Below the pieces are notes generated by a model. That model made no database searches. It had not been told where the DNA came from and saw nothing but the letters and a program-made list of their open reading frames with translations. A program made the position numbers and the translations under genes. From Polyangiaceae bacterium (GTDB taxonomy: Bacteria; Myxococcota_A; Polyangia; Polyangiales; Polyangiaceae): DNA of 64,000 nt. Below are positions 7,569 to 16,106 of this stretch, piece by piece (position 1 is the first letter of the stretch; every line of letters begins with the position of its first letter). The stretch is taken from the NCBI GenBank assembly GCA_035063585.1, contig JAPSGB010000004.1:144095-208094 (forward strand), in the 5' to 3' direction.

Positions 7569-9937
7569 TGCTCGGACGTCGTGTACTGCCGCTGCTCGCG
7601 GTGCTCGCCGCGCTCGGCCCGGCGCAGCCGGCGGTCGCCGACGAGGGGCAGTGGACCCCCGAGCAGCTTCCGAGCCTCGACCTCGCGCACCTCGGCAACC
7701 TCGGCCTCCGCCTGAAGCCGGCCGAGCTCTGGAAGGACCGCGGGGGCCTGATGCGCGCCGCCGTGCAGCTCTCGGGGTGCTCGGGCGCGTTCGTGTCCGC
7801 CAGGGGGCTCGTCATCACCAACCACCACTGCGCTTATCGCGCGGTGCAGTCGGTGAGCACCGTCGAGAGCGATTTTCTCGGCCACGGTTTCCTGGCAAAG
7901 GGGGCGAGCTCCGAGCTGCCGGCGAAGGGCTACACGGTCGGGGTCATCGATCAGGTGAAGGACGTCACCGCCACCATCCGAGAGGTGAGCAACGCGGCGC
8001 CGGACGACCGCGCGCGCGCGCGCGCGGTGGAGCACAAGCAACGTGAGCTCGTCGCTGAATGCGAAAAGCAGGCTGGTCATCGCTGTCGCGTCGAGAGCTT
8101 CTCGCTCGGCAGCCGCTATGAGCTCATCGACACCCTCGAGCTCCGTGACGTGCGCCTCGTATACGCCCCGCCCGCCTCGGTCGGCGAGTTCGGCGGCGAG
8201 ATCGACAACTGGATGTGGCCGAGGCACACGGGTGATTTCGCGTTCCTCCGCGCCTACGTCGGCGAGAACGGCGAGCCGGCGGACTACTCCGAGAAGAACG
8301 TGCCGTACGAGCCGAAGGTATCGCTCAAGCTCGGCGTGGAGGGGGTTGGCAACGGCGACCTCGTCGCGGTGATCGGGTATCCGGGCCGCACCGAGCGCTA
8401 TCTGACTCTGGCCGAGCTCACCCAAGCCGTCGAGCAGGAGCTCCCCGCCGCCGCCGAGCTCGCCGGCGACTGGCTCGGCATCCTCGACGCAGAAGCCAGG
8501 CGCGGCGCAGCCGTGTCGCTCAAGATCGCGGCGCAGCGCAAGCAGCTCGCCAACCGCGAGAAGAACGCGCGCGGGATGATCGCCGGGCTCGCGCGGATGA
8601 AGCTCGTCGAGCGGCGAGCGCGCGAAGAGGCTCGGCTCCGCGCCTGGGCCGCCGGAAAGCCCGATCGCAAGGCAGGCATCGAAGCCCTCGACGCCATGGA
8701 CCAGCTGGTAGAGGCGCGACGCGCTCGCTTCGCCCGCGAGCACCTGCTCACGAGCTTGGCGCGCGGGCCGAACCTGCTCGCGGTCGCGGTCGACGTCGCG
8801 CGGCGTGCCGGCGAGCACGGCAAGCCAGATCTCGAGCGGCGGTCCGGCACGATGGACCGCGACGCGGAGCGGCTATGGAAGCTCGAGGAGCGCCGCCTCG
8901 CCGACTACGACGTCCAGGTCGACGCGCGCCTGCTGGCCTCGCTCGGCGCGCGCGCCGCGAGGCTGCCCGAAGGTCAGAAGCTCGACGCGCTCGCCAAGCT
9001 CGGCTCGATCGCCGCCATCCAAGGCAAGCTCCGCGCCTCGCGGCTCTCGAACGTCGAGGCGACCAAGGCGCTGTACTTCGCCGCGGACGCGGCGCTCATC
9101 GACAAGAGCACGGACCCGATGCTCGTGCTCGGGCGCACTCTGGCCGCGGAGCTCGAGCGGCTAGACACCGAGCGCGACGCCGAGCAGGGCGAGCTCGAGC
9201 GAGTGGGGCCGGCGTACTACGCGCTACTCGAGGCCGAGCGCGGCGGCACGCTCTACCCCGACGCGAACGGCACGCTCCGCATCAGTTTTGCGACCGTGCG
9301 CGGCTACTCGCCCGAGGATGGGCTACTCGCGGTGTCACGCACGACGCTCCGTGGCGCGGTCGAGAAGTCGACGGGGGAGGAGCCGTTCAACCTGCCGCGC
9401 GCGGTCATCGAGCGCGCCGCCGAGGCGAAGAGTAGCTACTGGGCGGATCCCGACCTCGACGACGTGCCGGTGTGCTTTCTCTCGAACGCCGACACCACCG
9501 GCGGCAACTCGGGCAGCCCGGTCATCAACGGGCGCGGCGAGCTCGTCGGGCTCAACTTCGATCGCGTGTGGGAGAACATCGCGGGCGATTACGGCTACAG
9601 CGTGCCCCGCTCGCGCAACATCTCGGTCGACGTTCGCTACCTGCTCTGGATGCTCGATCGCGTCGCAGACGCCTCGGAGCTCCTGCAAGAGCTCGGCGCA
9701 TCGAGCTACCGCTCCGCGCCGTCACGACGCGAGCGAACCCAGTCGGCGCGACGTCACCTCGCGGCGGGGCCGACGCTCTCAGCCGCGCCCGCCCCTCCGC
9801 CGGCGCCGAGCGCGGCGGCGGCGCCCGAAGCGCGGAGCTGCGCGTGCCGCGCGCCGGGAGGCCACACCTCGGGCCTGCTCCCCCCGCTCATCACCGCGCT
9901 CGGGCTGCTCGGGCTCGGCGCGCGGCGGCGGCGCTGA
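7565..9937 (+). CDS. S46 family dipeptidyl peptidase with MYXO-CTERM-like C-terminal anchor
   Basis: 'DEGQW', 'TNHHC', 'DNWMWPRHTGDF', 'YPDANGTLR', catalytic 'TTGGNSGSP'; ends 'CAC...LGLLGLGARRRR'; ATG overlaps znuB stop. Confidence 0.9.
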   Translation: MMLGRRVLPLLAVLAALGPAQPAVADEGQWTPEQLPSLDLAHLGNLGLRLKPAELWKDRGGLMRAAVQLSGCSGAFVSARGLVITNHHCAYRAVQSVSTVESDFLGHGFLAKGASSELPAKGYTVGVIDQVKDVTATIREVSNAAPDDRARARAVEHKQRELVAECEKQAGHRCRVESFSLGSRYELIDTLELRDVRLVYAPPASVGEFGGEIDNWMWPRHTGDFAFLRAYVGENGEPADYSEKNVPYEPKVSLKLGVEGVGNGDLVAVIGYPGRTERYLTLAELTQAVEQELPAAAELAGDWLGILDAEARRGAAVSLKIAAQRKQLANREKNARGMIAGLARMKLVERRAREEARLRAWAAGKPDRKAGIEALDAMDQLVEARRARFAREHLLTSLARGPNLLAVAVDVARRAGEHGKPDLERRSGTMDRDAERLWKLEERRLADYDVQVDARLLASLGARAARLPEGQKLDALAKLGSIAAIQGKLRASRLSNVEATKALYFAADAALIDKSTDPMLVLGRTLAAELERLDTERDAEQGELERVGPAYYALLEAERGGTLYPDANGTLRISFATVRGYSPEDGLLAVSRTTLRGAVEKSTGEEPFNLPRAVIERAAEAKSSYWADPDLDDVPVCFLSNADTTGGNSGSPVINGRGELVGLNFDRVWENIAGDYGYSVPRSRNISVDVRYLLWMLDRVADASELLQELGASSYRSAPSRRERTQSARRHLAAGPTLSAAPAPPPAPSAAAAPEARSCACRAPGGHTSGLLPPLITALGLLGLGARRRR

Positions 9938-9956
9938 ACCGCCAGCGCGCGCGAGC

Positions 9957-11090
9957 TCACGGGGTGGGTGCGCTCACCGGCGCGCCCCGGTGCTCTGGCG
10001 CCGAGGGATCGTCACGATAGTTCTCTTCCCAGGTGCCCCACCCTGCCCCGCCTTGGACATACGCCGGGCCGTAGCCCGTGCCGCTGAAGCGGTTGTCGAG
10101 CGCCGCGAGCTCACCGTACGCGTTGCCGTTCATCTCGTTCAACCCGAGCTGGTAGCCGCCGCCCTGCAGGAGGTTTCCACTCATCGTGAGGTTATGGATG
10201 GGGCCGCCATAGGTCTGGATGAAGAACGCTCCGGTCGCGTTCGGCGAGTCACAGTCGAAGCGGTTATTTCGAACGACGAGCCGTCGTGAAGGCCGCGCGC
10301 TCGTGTCGAAGTCGCGGACGGTGAAGGCGTCACTGTGGTTCCCGTCGGTCGCCGGATCGCCGTAGCCGAGCAGGCGGCCCACGTAATTTCCTTCCACCGT
10401 CGCGTCGAGCTCGGTGCCGGCGTTGAAGATCGCGATCCCGCTGCCGAAGTCGTGGAGGTAATTGTTCCTGAGATCCGCGACTCCCAGGAAGGCGGTGGCC
10501 ATCGCGGCGTCGCGCAGGCTGAGCTTGGAGCCGTCGAAGTCCGAGTTCGAGATGGTCACGGTGCTCGGCGCGACGCCGCAGCACTGGTCATAATCGGTGG
10601 TCGTCACCACGGGCATCCCCTGGCCCACCGAGGTCGGCTGGATGCACACGCGATCGAGGGTGATGCCGCCGTTCGAGAGATCGAGCCCGGTCGTGATCCT
10701 CACCCGCTCGATGACCGCGCCCGCCTTCGGCTTCTCCGCGCCCGTGTACCGAGAGAGGCTCGCGCAATCGAGGCCCACGCCCGCGAGGCCCGTGTTCGTC
10801 TCGTCGAGCTCCCAGCCACGGCGCGCGCCGGCGCCACCATCGCCGCCCTCGGAGGCCGCATCGTTGGCACCGTCGGCGCTCGCATCGTCGCCACCGTCGG
10901 CGCTCGCATCGTCGCCGCCCTCCGCGCGCGCGGCGTCGAGCTCGCTCGCGTCGTTGCTCGCGTCTTGCGCGGCGCCGGGCGAAGCCGCGTCGTCACCGCA
11001 CGCCGAGAGCGCGAGCGCCGCGAGCACCGTGGCCGCCACCATTCCGAGTCTCGCCAATTTCTCCTCCGAGACGCCGAGCGTACACGCCAT
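9957..11090 (-). CDS. Lipoprotein with acidic linker and right-handed parallel beta-helix domain
   Basis: Lipobox LALSAC, GGDDASAD repeats, beta-helix-like periodicity ('NNYLHD', 'HSDAFT', 'RNNRFD'); start uncertain (11042-11090). Confidence 0.65.
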   Translation of the reverse strand: MACTLGVSEEKLARLGMVAATVLAALALSACGDDAASPGAAQDASNDASELDAARAEGGDDASADGGDDASADGANDAASEGGDGGAGARRGWELDETNTGLAGVGLDCASLSRYTGAEKPKAGAVIERVRITTGLDLSNGGITLDRVCIQPTSVGQGMPVVTTTDYDQCCGVAPSTVTISNSDFDGSKLSLRDAAMATAFLGVADLRNNYLHDFGSGIAIFNAGTELDATVEGNYVGRLLGYGDPATDGNHSDAFTVRDFDTSARPSRRLVVRNNRFDCDSPNATGAFFIQTYGGPIHNLTMSGNLLQGGGYQLGLNEMNGNAYGELAALDNRFSGTGYGPAYVQGGAGWGTWEENYRDDPSAPEHRGAPVSAPTP

Positions 11091-11234
11091 TTACGAGGTG
11101 CCCTCAGGCTCGGGCGCGAGCGCTCGCCCGCGCGCTCTGACTGCGCGACCGTACAGGGTAGGTCCGTCCACTGTTTTCTTGTTCACTTATCCGATCGAGG
11201 ATGATACGGCTCTTGCCGAAGATTCACGCGAGCC

Positions 11235-13940
11235 ATGACGACGCCGAAGCAAACACCGCACCGACGTTCAGGGGTTGCCGGGGCGGCGCGGAACCGCGCG
11301 AAGGCGAAGCGCAAGCGCGCGGTCGCGAAGCCGAAGCCCGCGAAGACCGCGCGCAAGACCGCCACGCGCGCCGGCGCCACGCGCGCCGGCGCCACGCGCG
11401 CCGGCGCCACGCGCGCCGGCGCCACGCGCGCCGTCGCGAAGCCGAAGCCCGCGAAGACCGCGCGCAAGACCGCCACGCGCGCCGTCGCCACGCGCGCCGG
11501 CGCAAAGCCGAAGCCCGCGAAGACGACGCGCAAGGTCGCCACGCGCGCCGGCGCCAAGCGCGCCGTCGCCACGCGCGCCGTCGCGAAGCCGAAGCCCGCG
11601 AAGACCGCGCGCAAGATCGCCACGCGCGCCGGCGCAAAGCCGAAGCCCGCGAAGACGACGCGCAAGTCCGCCAAGCGCGCCCGCGCAAAGCCGAGGCCCG
11701 CGAAGACGCGCAAGTCCGCCAAGCGCGCCCGCGCAAAGCCGAGGCCCGCGAAGACGACGCGCACGATCGCCACGCGCGCCGGCGCAAAGCCGAAGCCCGC
11801 GAAGACGACGCGCAAGTCCGCCAAGCGCGCCCGCGCAAAGCCGAGGCCCGCGAAGACGACGCGCAAGTCCGCCAAGCGCGCCGTCGCAAAGCCGAAGCCC
11901 GCGAAGACGACGCGCAAGTCCGCCAAGCGCGCCCGCGCAAAGCCGAGGCCCGCGAAGACGACGCGCCAGACCTCGAAGGCGCCGCCGGCCGCGCCGAACC
12001 GACCCCAGCGAGCCTCCCAAGCGCTCGAGCCGATGGCGCCGGTCACGCTCGACGCGGCGGCCCCGCTTGCGTCGCAGACAGTCTCCGCGGCGCCGTCGTC
12101 GCCGGCGATGGAGCCGCCGCTCGCGGGAAAGCGCGAGCTGCCACCGGGCGTTCGCGTGGGCCGCTGGGGGGCGCGCGGGGAAGGAGGCTCGCCGCCGCCG
12201 GGGTTCGGCGCCGTCCCGACGCTGGCCGAGAGCGCGCGGCGCGCGCTGCCGCTGCCGATGCGCGCGACCGCGAAGCGCGAGCCCTTCTCCACGGAGCGCT
12301 GGCCGGAGATCGACGAGGCCGCCAAGCGCCTCGGGATCGAGCGGCTCACCACCGAGCAACGCCATGCGATCCGCGCGCTCCTCGAAGGCCGCGACCTGCT
12401 CGTTGCGCTCCCCGCCGGGGCGGGCAAGACGAGCGCAGCGCTGGTGGCCGCGCTCCTCACTCGGCAGCCCACGCTGCTCGTGTCACCGCTGATTTCGGCG
12501 CAGCGTGATCTCCATGATCGACTGCACGCGCGCCGCGCGCCGGTGGTTCGCGTCGACCCGGGTATCTTCGGCGAGGAGCGCAAGCGCGCGCTCGCGCGCT
12601 TCACCGCCACCGAGCCGCTCGTCGTGCTCACCACACCGGAGTCGCTGTCGAGCGACGACCTCACCTCGGCGCTTGCGCGCTCGGGGATCGGGTTCGTCGC
12701 GGTGGAGGACGCCGAGTGCACGAGTGAGTGGGCGCATGAGTACCGCCCGGCGCACGCCGAGCTCGGCCGCGCGCTCGAGCGCCTCGGCTCACCGCAAGTG
12801 GCGGCGCTCTGCGCGCCTTCGGTCGCCGCGGTCCGGCACGACGTGGCCGAGCGGCTGGCGCTGCGCGCGCCGCTCGTGCTCGCGGGCGACCCGGTGCGGG
12901 CGAACCTCGCGCTCGACGCCACGGAGGCCCGCGGCGAGGTGCGACAGCGCACGCTCGTGTCGCTGGTGATGCGGCTCGAACGGCCCGGGATCGTGTACTG
13001 CGCGACGCCGCGTGAGGTCGACGCCGTGCACGGCGCGCTCCGGGCCCTCCGGGTCCCCGTGCATCGCTATCACGGTGAGCTACCCGCCGGTGAGCGCGCC
13101 GGCGAGCAGCTGAACTTCCTGCTCCCGGGGCGCCGCGCGGTCATGGTGGCGACCAGCGGGTTCGCGCCCTCGACCGGGTTCGCGGGGCTCGGCGAGCTCG
13201 GCCGCTTGGAGCTGACGCCGGCGGGCTTCGGGCGCGGCCTCGAGAAGCGCGATACGCGCTTCGTCATCCATTACCAAGCTCCGGCGAGCCTCGAACAATA
13301 CCTCCGCGAGCTCGGCGCGGCCGGGCGAGACGGCAAGCCAGCGAGCGCGATCCTGCTCTATGATCCGGCTGATCGCGGATACCATGACGCCGCGCTCGCG
13401 CGCGCGCGGCTCCGGCCGGCGCACGTCCTCGAGCTCGCGCGCGCGCTCGAGAGCTCCGCGCTCGATGGGCGGGCGGCATCGCTCGAGTCGCTCGCGCTGG
13501 CGACGCGCCAGAGCAGGCGGAACGCGGAGCTTGTCGCCGCGGTGCTGGCGGACGCGGGGCTCGTCGACCTCGCGCCGGGATGGGCGCGCGCGGCGGTGGC
13601 GGGGGTCGAGCTGTTCGAGCGAGCGCGCCGAGTGGCCGGCGCGCTCGAGACGCTCGCGCGCGAGGATGGGCGCCGGCTCGACGCGGTCGCCGCATACGCG
13701 CGGAGCGCGGGGTGCCGCACGCTTCACCTCGGGCGCTACCTCGGCATGAGTGACACCGTCGAGTGCGGTCGCTGCAGCGCGTGCGACGCCGCCGCGTTCG
13801 ACGGCCGGCGCTTCGCCCCCCTGACGGAGCCCGCGCCCGGGCGGAGAGCCGCGCCGCGCTCCTTCGAGGTGACCCGACTCGACGTGTCGCGGCCGAGCTC
13901 CGCGCCACTCACGGCCAAGCTCGGCGAGTTTGTCGGCTGA
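11235..13940 (+). CDS. RecQ-family (probably catalytically degenerate) helicase with N-terminal histone-H1-like basic repeat
   Basis: GAGKT Walker A, 'VSPLIS', 'EDAEC.SEWAHEYRP' (RecQ consensus DEAHCISQWGHDFRP), 'GIVYC', 'AGRDG', RQC Zn cluster 'CR...CGRCSAC'; N-terminal ~245 aa of K/R/A/T/P repeats in frame. Confidence 0.85.
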   Translation: MTTPKQTPHRRSGVAGAARNRAKAKRKRAVAKPKPAKTARKTATRAGATRAGATRAGATRAGATRAVAKPKPAKTARKTATRAVATRAGAKPKPAKTTRKVATRAGAKRAVATRAVAKPKPAKTARKIATRAGAKPKPAKTTRKSAKRARAKPRPAKTRKSAKRARAKPRPAKTTRTIATRAGAKPKPAKTTRKSAKRARAKPRPAKTTRKSAKRAVAKPKPAKTTRKSAKRARAKPRPAKTTRQTSKAPPAAPNRPQRASQALEPMAPVTLDAAAPLASQTVSAAPSSPAMEPPLAGKRELPPGVRVGRWGARGEGGSPPPGFGAVPTLAESARRALPLPMRATAKREPFSTERWPEIDEAAKRLGIERLTTEQRHAIRALLEGRDLLVALPAGAGKTSAALVAALLTRQPTLLVSPLISAQRDLHDRLHARRAPVVRVDPGIFGEERKRALARFTATEPLVVLTTPESLSSDDLTSALARSGIGFVAVEDAECTSEWAHEYRPAHAELGRALERLGSPQVAALCAPSVAAVRHDVAERLALRAPLVLAGDPVRANLALDATEARGEVRQRTLVSLVMRLERPGIVYCATPREVDAVHGALRALRVPVHRYHGELPAGERAGEQLNFLLPGRRAVMVATSGFAPSTGFAGLGELGRLELTPAGFGRGLEKRDTRFVIHYQAPASLEQYLRELGAAGRDGKPASAILLYDPADRGYHDAALARARLRPAHVLELARALESSALDGRAASLESLALATRQSRRNAELVAAVLADAGLVDLAPGWARAAVAGVELFERARRVAGALETLAREDGRRLDAVAAYARSAGCRTLHLGRYLGMSDTVECGRCSACDAAAFDGRRFAPLTEPAPGRRAAPRSFEVTRLDVSRPSSAPLTAKLGEFVG
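11320..11970 (+). repeat. Complex coding tandem repeat (15-bp gccacgcgcgccggc units and ~51-bp SAKRARAKPRPAKTTRK units)
   Basis: Repeated AKPKPAKT(A/T)RK, ATRAG and SAKRARAKPRPAKTT modules visible in DNA and protein. Confidence 0.95.
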
Positions 13941-14997
13941 GGCGGGTCGCGAGCGGCTGCGGCCGTCGCGCGGCTTGCGGTCGCTCACTGGGTGGCTAGG
14001 GTTCAGGCTCCGGCTCGCCGGAGGCGCACCATGGCGTATCGACTGGAAGCGAGCGAGAGCGTCGGCGCAGGGCTCCGGCGCGTCGCCGCCGAGGAGCTCG
14101 ACGCCGCGCTCGAGGCGCTCGCACGAGCGCGCGGCGACGCTCCGGACGAGCCCGTGCACGAGCTCCGCAAGGGGCTGAAGCGGCTCCGCGCGCTCGTCCG
14201 CCTGGCCCGCAACGAGCTCGGTGAGCTGGTGTTCTACCGCGACAACACCTGCTTTCGCGACGCGGGCCGCGCGCTCTCGGGCGCGCGAGGCGCAGCGGCG
14301 CTGCGAGGCGCCCTCGGCGCGCTCGCCGAGCGGTACGCGGCGCGCCTCGACGCGGCGGCGCTCGCCCGTGCGACTCACGCGCTCGACGCGCGACACGGCG
14401 CGGCGCTCGCGACCGCGCTCGAGCCCGCGCACCTCGACGGCGTCCAGCGCGCGCTCGAGCTCGCGCGCGCTCGGGTGGAGGGCTGGTCGTTCACGCGCGA
14501 CGACTTCGCCGTGCTCGAGCCGGGCCTCCGGCGTACCTACCGCGAAGGGCGGCGCGCCCTCCGAGCCGCGCGCCTCGACTCGTCCGCCGAGCTCGCCCAC
14601 GACTGGCGCAAGCGGGTGAAGGATCACGGCTACCACGTGCGCCTCCTCACGCTCGCGTGGCCGGAGCAGCTGCGGGCGCGGCGCGACGCGGTCGACACGC
14701 TCGGTGAGCTGCTCGGCGACGACCACGATCTCGCGGAGCTCCTCGGGACGCTCGGCGGCGAGAGGCCGCCGCTCGCCGCGGGCGGCGAACACGCCGGGCT
14801 CATCGAGCTCGTGCTCGAGCGGCAGCGCGAGCTCCGCGCCGAGGCGCTCCGGCTCGGCGAGCTCGTCTACGCCGAGCGCCCGCGCGCGCTCGCGCGCCGC
14901 TTCGGCGAGTACTTCGCCTCCTGGCGCGGCTCGGCGCAGGGCGCCAGCGATGAGGAAGGGTGTCGGTCCGGCGCGAGCCCGACGCGTGACGACTCGC

Positions 14998-16032
<1,035 letters not shown>

Positions 16033-16106
16033 GCGCGGCACATAGCCGGGCTCGGTCCGGCGCGCCACTCCCGGGTTCCGCGCCGGACCGACCCAGCGGA
16101 GGCTGG

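Noticed and set aside
11320..11970. Repeat region as a possible CRISPR array or non-coding satellite
   Set aside because: Units are multiples of 3, lack unique spacers and are in frame with the downstream RecQ-like domain; no cas genes are present
11183..12952. Long alternative-frame and antisense ORFs over the repeat (11183-12952 -, 11201-12508 +, 11268-12365 -, 11275-12492 +)
   Set aside because: Stop-free shadows of a GC-rich repeat; only the 11235 frame connects to a recognisable domain with normal codon bias
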